A DNA stretch of 64,000 nucleotides from Phoronis australis (lineage: Eukaryota > Animalia > Phoronida): positions 788,860 to 852,859 of the forward strand of contig NMRA01000142.1 in assembly GCA_002633005.1 (NCBI GenBank), given 5' to 3'. A program made the position numbers and the translations under genes. This document shows, in pieces, positions 38,001-51,091 of this stretch. The first letter of the stretch is position 1, and every line of letters begins with the position of its first letter. The notes below the pieces were generated by a model. The model was given only the letters and a program-made list of their open reading frames with translations. It had not been told where the DNA came from and did not search any database.

Positions 38001-40797
38001 AGCACGAAGATCGCAAAGAATTTACGAAAAAAAAATGCTATTATTTATCCCACTGGGTTAAATCCATATGAGAAAGCAGAAAGTTCTCCACCAACTACCC
38101 TAAGCGCCATCTAGTGACAAGGCACACTTCATCATGTTGCTGCCTTGTCAGGGAAGATAGATAGGGGGAAAATAGATATTCAGACAGAGTCTGATTCATT
38201 GTCTGCAAGTAGGCTTGACCCCTAGCAAGGAACAGCAAGAGTATTGATAAGTACAGGAAATCCCTACTGCCCCACTGACCACAGGTGAACAAAGTTTATC
38301 ACCGATGTTAGAATGAGATTCATTGTTTAATGACTATGTTCTGCCTTCTAGAATTAGGTTAGTGAAAACAAAATTAACCAGAAGGCCCTCAAGCCTTTTC
38401 CACCCAGTTCAATCTGCAACCACAAATGCATCGAGAAAACAATGGAGTTAACTTGAGCTCCATGTTAGCTTCATTACTAAACCAAAATAGACTTATTGTC
38501 AAGGAATGACATGATCAGCGAAGTTATCGCAAGGTGGCATTGCGATTTTAAACATGCGCAGCAGTATTAAGTAAACGTACTTTTTCAAATATGAAGATAC
38601 GATTACATATTTAGATAACTGAAATTAAATACGTATAGTGGTAGGATAAAGAATGATTGAACAAAGTATTCAGAAATATTTTACGCAAAATGTGCGCTGT
38701 TGCTGATAATATCGATAACACCAAAGTTAAGCATTCACACTGAATCGACAGACACGTCAACTGATAAATCCGTCTGCTTACTGACAAATAAATGCGCAAT
38801 TTCAACTTCGAACCATCAAAGAAGTGATTTCAGCATTCCCATTACAGTAACTAACTCTCCCCTAAAAATTTGACAATTGAAAATAGAATTTCACTTTTGG
38901 CCACAATGTCCGCTAAATAAGTGGAAGGCAAAAACCTAATTACCTTCCAAGTATTACTGAATTATCTACCTATCAAAAAGATTGGTTCTAATCTTGCATT
39001 CTAAGCTATTGAGGCACATTTAATAATTAATCCTAGGGACTTGCAAGACACAGGAGGCAAGAAATCTTGTCTAATGTAACGTAAAGTAGTTGTGAGAATT
39101 CAGAGCATTTATGGATCATTTAATTCTAATAATTCAACCTCTTCAAGACCAGACTCGCCTATCGCTTTATCAAGGCTAATCTGCTAGTGTGCCTTTGTAA
39201 GTGCTTGAGAATTGAACAAAAAGGGGAAAGCAACCTGATTTGATGTTAAATTTAAGAAAAAATGCAGGTCCCTGGTTATCATGGAGATACATTTTTCAAC
39301 GGTAATTAATTACTTTGGCCAGTATTTAATATCCCTGGAACAACAACAGGAAGTGATGTCAACGGCCCAGAACAAGACCTGCATCTTGCTTCTACATTCA
39401 CTTTCGTTGAGCAAACACAAATGACCAACACACAGTGTTCACTGATGAGCAAGGCATTGCATAAATGTAGGGATCTGTATTTTTACTAAACATAACATCA
39501 AAACCATTGCATTCCTCTTCAACAGCAAACATTTCACATACAACAAAAGACTCTCTCACTTGACCCAATTTCAACTTCTCATGTGCAAGGTGGGCCAAGT
39601 TGACAAGAGTGAATTGATATCTACTTCGTTGGAGGACATTTTATGAAGATGGTCGCAGTCTAAAATAATTCGTACAAATTATCTCAGCACCTAACAGTTA
39701 TGGGTTTATTCTGCAAGACCACATTTTTGCTCAAGTGAAATTTAATCAAATGTCAGAAATGGTTGTGAAGAGCGTAAGACCAAATTTCTGACTTGTGTCC
39801 TAAGAGGCCTTTTCGTGAAACAAACCTGGCATTAACCTGAATAAATACGGTAAATGTCACGACATCGTAGACTTCCTCTGTTCCTAACCACAAGATTCAA
39901 TGTCATGTGCTTGGTGAGTAGCGACTTCGTGTCAACCCAGCTTGCACTCTGACCATTTGGTATAGAAGTGATTGGAGTCCACTTAAACTTCATGATCAAA
40001 TACGCTCTTGATTTCCTCAAGTGCCCTGACATCTGCTATCATCAATTTCTGTCAAACCTTATTAGATTTTGTTCCTTATAGACAAAATTTGGGTTTATCT
40101 AAGTGCAATTTTAAAAGACTAGATAGCTTACACATTGAAGAGATTTCCATGTGAGACACGAGCCTTCGTACCCGTCATCGAAATACAATTTTTATGTTAT
40201 TTCAACAACTTTCAACACAGATGAAAAATCTGACACCAAAGACACTAACATCGGTCAAAAGCAGTTTATGTAATTCACCAAAGTCGCATAGAGCAAGAGG
40301 TTTAGATCAACCAACTAACCACCATCTGCACTGTACTGATTAGAGGGTAACCCAAATACCAAGAAAACAATGACTATTTCAGGAGTCTGCTATCACCTTT
40401 CATGTGCTGGCATATCTTGAACTGGTCGTGTCTGAGCCACGCATTTAAAACTTACTTCGGGACAGTTACATTTCGGTACGTGGCTCTAAGACAAGGTTTT
40501 GTAAAAGTTTGAAAACATTATTTTTTCTCACCCATGCGCTAGCTTAGTTTCATCTGAAGAGCATTTAGAAAAATTACAAATTATCACTCAAACAGAGCAT
40601 TCTGGGCAGACATGGGACCAGGATATTTTAACCGAGACAAATATAGGGAGGGGCTAGAGAATTCCTCGGTGACATCACTGTTCAAGTGACTTGTATGGAA
40701 GTCTGGACCCTACCCATGACAGGTTTTCCAAGTTTTGGTATCTGCTAACTCAACTAATAACGTGGCCTGAACGAATACCCACCTAAGTCACAGACGG

Positions 40798-41337
40798 CTA
40801 TATTATCGTACAGCAGCCATTTCTCTCTCTCACCGGACTAGTGTTCATTTCACGAACTATTTCTATAAACACCTCGTTGACGTTCTGAGTATTCTTAGCC
40901 GACGACTCCAGGAAGGGACAACCCCAGGCCTGGCTCAGCGACTGTCCCTCGTTGGTAGTCACCTCCCGCTGGCTGTCCAAGTCTACCTTGTTTCCGACCA
41001 GCAGGATGGGCACTTTATCCACGCCCTTGACCCTACTGATCTGTTCTTTCATGTTCCTAATGTCCTGAAACGTCTGTAAACTCGTGATGCTGTACACCAC
41101 CACAAATCCTTGTCCATTTTTTATGTACAAATCCCTCATCGAGGCAAACTGCTCCGTACCGGCAGTGTCCAGTATTTCTAACACAGACGGTGCTCCGTCA
41201 ACTTCGATCTCTTTGCGATAGAAGTCCTCTATAGTCGGGTCGTACTTTTCCATGAACGTTCCTGACACAAATTTGACTGTGAGGGCACTCTTGCCAACAC
41301 CGCCACTTCCCAGTACAACCACTTTGAACTCCCTCAT
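40798..41337 (-). CDS. RAP2: Ras-related protein Rap-2, 179 aa, intronless CDS
   Basis: G1 GSGGVGKS; effector YDPTIEDFY (F39 as in Rap2, not Rap1); DTAGTEQF (T61); NKVD; SAK; C-terminal CCTII CAAX box. Confidence 0.96.
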   Translation of the reverse strand: MREFKVVVLGSGGVGKSALTVKFVSGTFMEKYDPTIEDFYRKEIEVDGAPSVLEILDTAGTEQFASMRDLYIKNGQGFVVVYSITSLQTFQDIRNMKEQISRVKGVDKVPILLVGNKVDLDSQREVTTNEGQSLSQAWGCPFLESSAKNTQNVNEVFIEIVREMNTSPVRERNGCCTII

Positions 41338-43327
41338 TTTTCAGCCTGTAATATAAAGAAATTGCCATTAAGTGTAAATAAAAACTAGCCATCTTTAACA
41401 CTGGCAAACTGTTCTTGCATTGCTGCTTCACAAAAACAAAGACGAGCTGACCCAGACTGAGGCAGTGAAGGACGACACCAACAGCTGAGACAGTGAAATC
41501 CTCCACTTCCATCAACACATCAGCCAGCCAGCATGAAACAGATTTTTGAAAAGAATTATCAGTGCATGGAAGGGTCATATGCCATTTGCCTGTAGACACC
41601 AGGCTGGCAATCAACCATGCATTCTAACAGAAACAAAGGACGTGGGAAGCAATACACTCCAGTTAGGCATCAAACAGATCCCTGTATAATACAGGTTCAT
41701 CACAACATGGATGGGTCACCTCACCATTTACAGAAGCACCAGGCCAGACAACAACACACCCAAAGAACATAGTAGCAAACCACAGGTCAGCCTGCATTAA
41801 ATAGATTCCCCAGTCAAACCTTTGGCACATGAGAGGGTCACAGGGCGTAGCAAACAATTACCAAGTTACCAGTACTCATCAACCAGTCATAATACAACAG
41901 ATTCCTGAATCAGACATGACTTAGTGAATGGGTCATGCCATTTCTTGAGACAACAGGCCCGATGGCCACCCACCCTAGCAACATATGAGACAGCTTATAG
42001 TAGTTAGCCTAGAACTATTCCAGGAATTCATACGCACAGCATAACTGATCCAGAGCACGTTAAATACACACAGAAGTCAGAGACAGAAACATCAATGCGC
42101 TATAGCACAACACTGTTCAGCAATTTATTGCAAAATGTCAATCTCTTCAAAGTTAACGCACAAGTAAAACTCAGAACAGGACTAATACCCAAGCCACTAG
42201 CGATTCGTTGCCTACTTTTCTCACTACGTGATAGTGTTACTGGTAATACTGTATATTTTATTTACCGAGTCTAGTGAGACTGACTAGCCTGACCACATCT
42301 AAATAAGACAGCCAACACATCATTCCCAGTCCCCCAACAGACCACCCCCATTAACACAGACATATGTTTAATGGATGACATTAGCATAATTGCAATATCC
42401 AGCTGATAGATTGAGGTATTCACTGGCAGCCAGCATATAACATCCATCAACCAAAGATAGACTCCCCCATTTTTGTATCTCATTCTGTCAGTCAAAGACA
42501 AGCTACAGTTGACTTAACTGAATCAGGTGTCACCAGATAGGCTAATGGAACTCTCACTGCACCAAATTGAGCTGAGCAATTATGATGCACTCAGGTGGCC
42601 TAATAGACAGAAGATCCATCATTTTAGCCAATGTCAGACAAAATTCACATCTCAGTGATCAAAACCTGATTTGATTCTTCCCAGACCTTTAATTTGCCAA
42701 AAGACTTGTCTTGTAGCTGTGAGAAAGATTATATTCCAGTGAGGTACCTTGAGGTTAGCCACCAAGTAATTGCATAATGGTCAGAAATCTCAGAATCCAA
42801 ACATTAGGCATGGCCATCACCGTGGTAACAGTGTGATGACCACAACAGTTTTCATGGTGCCTTTGCAACGTTCATTTGGCTGATTCAGTCAACAAGTGTT
42901 GAAGCGAAAATGTTCCATTTCTGTACGATACCACCTAACTTGTCCTGGCGGAGACAAATGGTGCCTAACTTCGAAGAATTTTGTTATTTTAGATGTATTG
43001 TGCTAGCCAGATAGTCCTAGCAAAGCCTTGGTAAAACTAAGAAAACTAGAGTTCAATTGCGAAAATGTACACTGGTCAAATGATAAGTAAAGCTGCCTTT
43101 TGGTGCCATGTTGCATCACCAGGCGATCCTAGCACAAACAACAAAAGCACAATAACAGTTGTATTGAATAGGGATCTGAATAAAACACCATTGTGTGAGG
43201 GTGTTATTCAAAGCTAATAGGTGATTCTCCAAATGACCTAGACAAAAGCAAGCCAATAGGCTTAACAGTTCATTACTGGACTGAGAACAGTGCTCCTCAG
43301 ACTCTAGGAACCAAATTTACAGGCTTA

Positions 43328-43483
43328 CAGTGCTGTAGTGGGGTGTATGCGCACGTAGGCACAGCCAACCACCTTTTGGCATTTGAACGTAGCGTCTACG
43401 CACCGTAAATTATGTTCAGTGCTCAAGGTGATACTGTGGGCTTTGGGCGCCAACTTACCTCTAACTTTACCACTACAGCACTG
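43328..43483. mobile_element. hAT-type MITE, 156 bp (related inverted piece at about 59985-60206)
   Basis: 14-bp perfect TIR cagtgctgtagtgg; 8-bp TSD ca(g/c)gctta. Confidence 0.8.
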
Positions 43484-46400
43484 CACGCTTACCATTCAAG
43501 ATAGGCTTTAAAACAGCTCTGACATGGCATCTACCACTTGCACCAATGACACTCAACACTAGAGTGTGAAAGGCACCAATGCGACCTTAGATTTTGTTTG
43601 GCAACCTACTAAAAATCCCAGGTCGTCATGAAGTCACCACGCACACATCTGAGCATGCACTAAAAATGGTACAACGGAAGTCAGAACTGTTTGGCAAAAA
43701 TTGAAAAGGCATTACCAAGTACCTGACACTTCTAATTTTCCGTTTGACTAAAAGGTGTGGCCGACACTTACTATGTCGTTTAGTCTCATTTCTGACTTGC
43801 CATATAATGTGTTGCTTGTACTATCCAAGACTTTCCCCCGGCACACCGTACAAGGTTTCCTTGCTTGGTAGCCTTGGTTTCCGTTTGGCGACCAAGGAAT
43901 TTTACCACGTCACATTTGGCAAACTCAAGCATGGTAATTTTGTAAACTATATTGTTCGATTTAAAGAAGAGACTTAGCGACCAAAAAAGTCCCAGGGGGT
44001 CACCAGGAAAAGTGTTGGGTGAAATGACACTCACCTTGGCTATATAATACTAGGTTCGTATGAGAGGAAAAAATGCTAGCAGTTTTTCAATGACGAAAAC
44101 GATAGTGCTTTAGCCAAACAGGCGTGTTGTCCGTGAAACAGTAATTTTCACCAGCAGTTCCTTTGTTTCCTCACTAAGGCACACTTACTCAATCCAATTA
44201 ATTGATTAACGAAACAAAGTCCTCTGTAGACGCCAAACCCACGAGTGTCCTTTCAAGCAAGCAATCTGGCTACGAAAATGTTAGCGAAAACATTAGCAGT
44301 TTTGGGGCAACTCAAAACCATCAGCAAAAGTGACCCATGTAACCGTTCTCATTAATAGCTGTGCTACCAGGAAAAAAGCCAGCAAAGTAGGAAGCCTTTG
44401 AACGAGTTTGCGAATGGGGGGGCACATGAGAAGTCCAATGATGTTTTGACTGACGTTTTAAAGATAAAAAATTTGAGAAAACAAAATTTCACCCAAAGAT
44501 TTCGCTCCCATTTCCATCCGTGCCAGACATGCGAAACGATCCCCAAAAGAACACCCACATTAGCTTTTTCAAACCTCGTGTCCTGAAGAGCCCCTTTGTA
44601 GATGAGGGCCTGGAAATCCTTGGTAGATAATATGTGGGATTCGGTATTATTCCACAGGAAAGAAATCAGACCAACAAAGATCGATATCATAACTCATGAG
44701 TTTCGAGAAGCACTCAGATCTTTTGCTTTCAGTGGTTTATGAGGTAACATAATTATTGTCAATTACATTTTCGATTCAAACATATAAAAAATATCTAAAA
44801 CTTAAATTATAGACTAGAAATCTTTTGAGAAGGGTTAATAGGCTGCCCGTATATTACCAACAAAATTGTCCACAAAGGAAACTGCAGTTTGAATCTTCAA
44901 CGCAATCTAAAATCTGATACTATACTTATAGAATAATTCATGACAGTGGTGATTACTATCAAAGCACCGGCATAAAAAAACAAATTTAAAAAAGACGAGG
45001 ATTATGAGGACAGTGTTCAGCCTGGAAAGATTGATACACTATTTTACCTGTTATCTTGTTTTCTTTTCAAAATATTCAATCAGTGCCTCCAAAGTACATC
45101 TCATTTGTCAGTTATAAAGGAAGGCCATCAGTAGGAAGATAACTGGTCCACACAATGAATCACAAACAAGAGTCAGTGTCAATACACAGTCAGTGTCAAT
45201 ACACCAGTGTCAATGCATGACTGTCAGTTAATCCCAGTATTATAAGGGTTATTCCTGGAATTCCATAGCTGTGTATTATTGACCAGCATACTTAGAAGTA
45301 CAAGCACATTATAGTCTATAATAAACAAAACACAGCAACTGGATACATTATATCTGAGTAACCACAACCACAAAATGTAAATTATTCAATTACACAGTTG
45401 GATTGAATCTTGTGAACTCTCCCAAATAATTATGTGACCATGGCATGAGACACCACCAGTAGACTATTATTGGCATGTACTTATAGAGACAAATTTCATG
45501 AAAGATACATCAGAGTTCTTGATATAGCTTTCTAGAAGAGCAGTGATTTAAAAGGACATTATGTGTTTTATGGCCGCCGAAAAAAGAATTTTATGGATTA
45601 TTGTTGGATGGGATAGACCAACACTTCTTGAAATCATTAGGATTGACCAGAGCTGCTATAACTCAACAAAATATGTTTCTTTGTGATTTTATTGCAAATT
45701 GCCAATTCTTGCCATTGCCTGCCATGTATAAGCTGAAATCACGGGCAGTGACTTTATCACTTAAATACGCAAAAATGCCAAAAATGTCACTTAAAGTAAG
45801 TAAATTTTACACTTGGCAAAGACTTCGTAATAAAGCACCATTTTCGGTACACATTATTTCAGAAAGCTTTAGAAAATCTGTTCAGAAAAACACTCTCTAG
45901 AATTTTTGTATACTGAATCCAAAAAACAATCCAGAAAATGCTACAAATCCATCAACAACAACGGTGACAGCCATTTTAAACAAAAACAATAATGAAATTC
46001 GATGATGTAATTAAGTGTAATTATTTCATTTGCATACAGTTTTTGTCGTAAGGTTGATTTTAATTTCAATATTTTATATCACATTCGTCCTTGCACAGAC
46101 TCGATGAATAAAGCTGTCAACCAAGCATTCAGCCGTTTTCGCCCAATTCTTATAAAACAAGAGGCTGTTGTGGTCTCAACAACCACTAGGATAATTCAAA
46201 TCTCACAAAGCCACAGAAAAAACTCTTGAGGCCAACTAGACTGTTTAAACTAAAGCCACAATCTCACGCAGTAGCATGGCTAGGAAAAAAGCAATTTTTA
46301 ACCCCTCTGAATAGGGTCCCTGTCCCCAGATATCCGTTGATATGAGAGTTTGTCATTTTTAAGCTAGGAGATTTTGAAACTAAAATTAGATAAAATATAA

Positions 46401-46696
46401 CAAAAAGGCAGCGAGCCATTGTAGAACATACCATCATAATCTTACACAATCTGGCCTTGATTACATGACCATGAGATTCATCTTGTAAAACAACCTCTCT
46501 TCTATACACCACACCAACTTCCCACTTTTACACTCCTTTTAAGTTTTAAATTATCTATTTAACTTGACTGAAAGCATAAACCCGATACTGGATCACAGGC
46601 TCTTTCTATACTGATGTAAGCCCAATGTTATTCCCATCCATTTTTCAAATCCTCGAAATAACCACTGCCCAGTGCAACCCCGAATTTCCGAAAATA

Positions 46697-46924
46697 AAAA
46701 AATAATTGCAGGCGGTCTGTTACACGTGCGCAGGGCGCGCATGTGGGCCCATTGCACTGATCACCTGGAACCATTTTTATGCTTTATTAATATACAGTGA
46801 AAACTGAGCTGAGGAGCTAGAAACCTGACTCAAAGGTTTAGCAGTGTGACCCAGTGGGACTCGAACCCACAGCCTCGAGGAAAGATAGCGGGCAACTATC
46901 ACACTAGGCTACAACGCCTCCTCA
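46697..46924 (-). mobile_element. tRNA-derived SINE, copy 1
   Basis: Pol III A box (TAGCCTAGTGTG) and B box (GGTTCGAGTCC) on the minus strand; 14-bp TSD aatttccgaaaata. Confidence 0.85.
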
Positions 46925-47344
46925 AATTTCCGAAAATAGGCCCATGGGCGGATATTCTGAAACGTTAAATGAAACCGAGTATACACCTGGGCGTATTTTC
47001 GTAAAGGGGTGCATTTTTAACATCTCATGACGCAATTTTAAAGCAAACAATTGTCAATAATTATTCACCAAGGAATGTTTTCTAAGAATGTTAGTCAACA
47101 GCCCTCCCATAAATGTGGCTAGTCATTAAAAGTACTATTGGTTTGCGCTGATAAACAATCAGACTCAATGCAACAAGTTGATAAACTGGTGACGTCTGCT
47201 GGTGTCGACATGAATACCAACGAACAATGTACTTCAAGACCTTCATCAGCACCAGTCCTGGTTTTGAAATGAACACGTTCTTTTTAATGTAAGAAGTTGT
47301 ACTGCACCAGTGAGAATTTTTTTGTCCATGCTTATTTCGCATTT

Positions 47345-47584
47345 GCGGAGGTAGTGTGGCCTAGAGTGATAGGTGCCCTCTTTCTTTACTCGAGGTCGTG
47401 GGTTCGAGTCCCAGTGGATCACACTGCTAGACCCTTGAGTCAGGTTTCTAGCTCCTCAGCTCGATTTTCACTATATATTAATAAAGCATAAAATGGTCCC
47501 AGGTGATCAGTGCAATGGGCCCACATGCGCAGCCTGCGTACATCTGGTATAACGTGTATCAGATCGCCTCCGATTATTTTTTTA
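47345..47584 (+). mobile_element. tRNA-derived SINE, copy 2 (inverted relative to copy 1)
   Basis: A box TGGCCTAGAGTG, B box GGTTCGAGTCC; body matches copy 1; T-rich tail. Confidence 0.85.
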
Positions 47585-49170
47585 TCATATTCGCGTTCAC
47601 CAAACAGAGCATTAAAGCTGTCCATCATACCGTTCGAATTGTTAGTAACCTACAAAGCCACCAAATACATGACTAAATGATAGTCATTTGAGAGAAATCG
47701 CAATTCCCCAAAAACTTCCTGTCAAAATAAACAAAAGCTTTACGTAGACACAAATTAAATGCATGTTTTAGAACAACAGCCTCAGATTTTCAAAACACGC
47801 AAAAAAGTTACTGAAACTACGCCCATGGGCGTATTTCAGGGTGGGCTTATTTCTAGAAATTCCAGGTACCACAAACATTTGCACAACATATTACTAAAAG
47901 AATCTTTCATGCCCCTAGCACAGTAAACCCTCTCAATATAAAAGCAACTACAGACATCTTCCAATGACAGTTCTACCACAGGTGTGTATTCTGAACCAAT
48001 TTGTCATGAACAGGTTTTTCCTTTGCCCAGGGTACCACTACATAATTGTGTGACAATGGGCAGGTATGATCAGCAAACAAGATGCCAGACATTTACAGGT
48101 ACGCACACTTTACTGTCTGGTCAACAATCACTGAGCAGGGTGACAGGTATTTCACCAAGTAGGGTTAATATCCTGTCAATTTCAGACAAAATTGTTAAAA
48201 TGGATCTTTCCTCAATTTTCGAAGGTGTGTAACACCGAGTGAATACCGAGAGCTTCCCCAAACATTGTCTGATAGTAGCTATAGCACAGAGCATAAAAAT
48301 GTTACTTGGTAATGTTTCATGAAATATATCAAAAAACGAAGTTGTCCTTGTCTGCCTTACTGGGTCCTTAACTGGTCAGATTTTAACTGATCAGATTTAA
48401 CCATAATACATACCAGTGAAGTACCTAATTGTTCATTCCCACTATCCGAACTCGACTTTCCTTTTTTGCCAAGGCAGAACAATGTATTGTATGACTGACC
48501 CAGTTTTCGACAGCTAGGACCACTAACACACTGCTGCACTGATTCAGACCAGTGAAGGATGACTTATCGGTGTCCTACTAAACTTTTCAAATTTTTTGTG
48601 ATGGAACTGCAACTAACTGAGCAAAATATAAACTTAATTAGCATAAGAATGACAAATGGCAAACCAATTTTCATGTAAACAATGAAAGAATGATTACCAA
48701 GGCAACAGCAGGACGAGCATCTTCCAACGTATAGCATTATTGGAAAACGCCGCAGACTCAGGGAGGGCATTGCTGGTATTTTGGGAAGCGTTAAAATCTT
48801 TGACTTTTCAGATAGGCTTCGAGACATTTCATCCAATTTCATCAATAATACACATGACAAAATCAACGAGCATTTGAAACAAGTAGTTCTAAAAATAATT
48901 TTAAAAAATCAAATCAGATGTTTTGATACTGAGACTACAAAACATTCAGTCGCAACAACAGACAAGATTTATGCAGTTCCAAAACTTTAAGCTGAATTTC
49001 GTCCTGTTCAGTTGGACAAAAAATGAAAATCGAATTAGGCCTTTTCAGTTTACTCTCAGATAAAATTGGTCTCTTAATATTCCTTACCATGATGGGATTC
49101 GATTCCCATGACCAATAAGAAGAACAGAACCTTCAGCAACTCACAAGATTTTAGGAACTACTTTAAATTA

Positions 49171-49276
49171 GACAGCACTGGTCGGATATAGCAGTCCATG
49201 ATTTGAGAACCAGTTTCGTCCACTGAATAATGGGCCCGTTATTCAGTGATTGGGTGGTTCTCAAAATCAAGGACCG
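49171..49276. mobile_element. Merlin-like palindromic MITE, diverged copy (half copy also at about 57700-57762)
   Basis: Same core ttgagaaccagttt..cactgaataa / ttattcagtg..ggttctcaaa; TSD not clear. Confidence 0.6.
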
Positions 49277-50645
49277 ATATATCCGACCAGTGCCGACTGG
49301 CCAACCCTAAAATTGCGTACTCTAAAATGGCGCGTGTACACACTGCACACTTTAGTTGCCGACTCACATGGTAATAATTCAGGATTGAATAAATTTGGTA
49401 ATCCACAAAGCGCTTCAGTTAAGAATTCAATTTTGACAGCTAAACAGGAACAAAATGCAACTTTAACAAATCACAAAGAAACGACTTTTTGACAACACTT
49501 CAATCCAAATTAATTACCTTCACTTTCATCAAAAGAGTAAAGCAAAAAATAAAAAGCCATTATTACCAACTGTGAGCAAAATGGCAATTCTTTAGATGGT
49601 AAAGTAAAACTTTCCACTACACTCCAGAGATGAAAAGCGCAAAAATTAACTGCCACTGTACATTACCTGAACTACACCACACACAGGCAGCTCCTTGAAT
49701 GTATAAAAACACTGATGTTCATAAGTATCAAGCAACAACAATGCAATAAGTCCTTTGAAGTGTAGCAAAATCAATCCAATAGTTAGCAGCATTGATCACA
49801 CTTTCGCTCACAAGCCATCACCATGTATACCGAGAAACATACGACACCGGCATATCTGTGATCTCCCACAACAGTGCCGTGTACTTATACTCCATGGGAA
49901 AAGGAATCTGAACTGGCAACGAACTTCTTTGTTTTCCTCACAAATGTCAGCTGTATGCCCAACTGGCACTGCATCGTTGAGATAGTCTGGCATTAGTAGG
50001 TCATGAACCGTGTCAAAGGTCAAGCAAGTCACAGAAAATCTGAGTCTGCCTGTTCTTATCAGCTCCAGTCATGGCAAGCAAAAACACCAGGCCCAACTTT
50101 AACTGAAACCCAGCCAGGAATGTTATGGAAAGTAAACTCTTATCATACTGGAACAACAACTATGACAAATGGGAATGCCAACTTTTGAGACCAAGAGACA
50201 AAAAATCCTGTAATGCAGAGGAACTAAACCTTCTATATGTTGAGGACAAGCCTAAAATTCTGAAAATGAGAATGTACTAAATGGTTTTACAAGAAGCATA
50301 AATTGATGGTTTTTGAAATCAATAGAAAACTACCTCTTTAAATCAAATCAACACAAACTAACTTTAAGTAACTGAAGACACTGTCCTAATACCCTTAAAA
50401 GGAAAATTTAATTTCATTCATAGTCGAGTACTGTATATTGGTTGCCACAGTCAACAACTGGTAGTCAGCTTTCCAAAAAAATTGGCACAAATACATCGGA
50501 AACTATGATAATTTCAATCCGTCAGTTCACAGGCACTGACAAACAACCTTATTGAACAAGTGAATTATGATCAGAAAATATAAAATTAAAATGTACTAAG
50601 ACAAAGATGCAAACAATATCTTGTTCTAACACTCTGTTATGACAC

Positions 50646-51091
50646 GTGACTTCCTGGTGTGACACACAGCCAGACAAAGCTTCTATAAATCGCTTGCCAA
50701 GTGGCAATTTGCTGAACGGTTTAGACGCTCGGCTCTCACATGTGTGAACTGGGCTCAAGTCTCGGAGTCACTGAAATTTTCTACAGTGACACCTACCAAT
50801 GGTAGAACCCATGACCAGACGGGATGTCAGCCTCTTCTCAAGGCAATCTGGAGTCACGTTCCAGAAACTGCAGTAGAAACGTAGATCAGAGACGTGGCCA
50901 ACCTGAGGGGGCATGTGACACGCTTGATCGGCAGGAGAGAGAAGAGTGACTTCGTGATGTGACGTACAGCCCGACAAAACCTCTCTAAATCGCTTGCCAA
51001 ACGGCAATTGCCTCTTGTCTACAAGGTTCAGACGCTCGGCTCTCACACATGCAACCTGGGTTCGAGTCCCAGAGTCACTAAAATTTTCTAC
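50646..51091 (+). repeat. Two direct ~140-bp repeats (50646-50784 and 50947-51091) with a degenerate tRNA-Glu(CTC)-like segment
   Basis: Shared taaatcgcttgccaa, gacgctcggctctcaca and gagtcact.aaattttctaca; B box GGTTCGAGTCCC in copy 2. Confidence 0.7.

Larger units (their letters stand above)
46676..47868. mobile_element. Tc1/pogo-like non-autonomous element hosting both SINE copies (related element at about 59267-59711)
   Basis: TIR-like gaatttccgaaaataggccca / tgggcttatttctagaaattcc-aggta; repeated gcccatgggc palindromes. Confidence 0.5.

Noticed and set aside
39442-39465. CTGATGA-GCAA-GGCA-TTGC-ATAAA hammerhead-like string (similar partial at about 60990-61013 on minus)
   Set aside because: Lacks the required GAAA box and supporting stems.
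41198-41614. 138-aa ORF overlapping the Rap2 start, and the many other 60-140 aa ORFs in the track
   Set aside because: No recognisable domains, many have non-ATG starts, and they cross splice sites or repeats; expected by chance.
47345-47425. Possible tRNA gene
   Set aside because: A and B boxes are present but there is no intact cloverleaf; it continues into a conserved SINE body seen in two copies.
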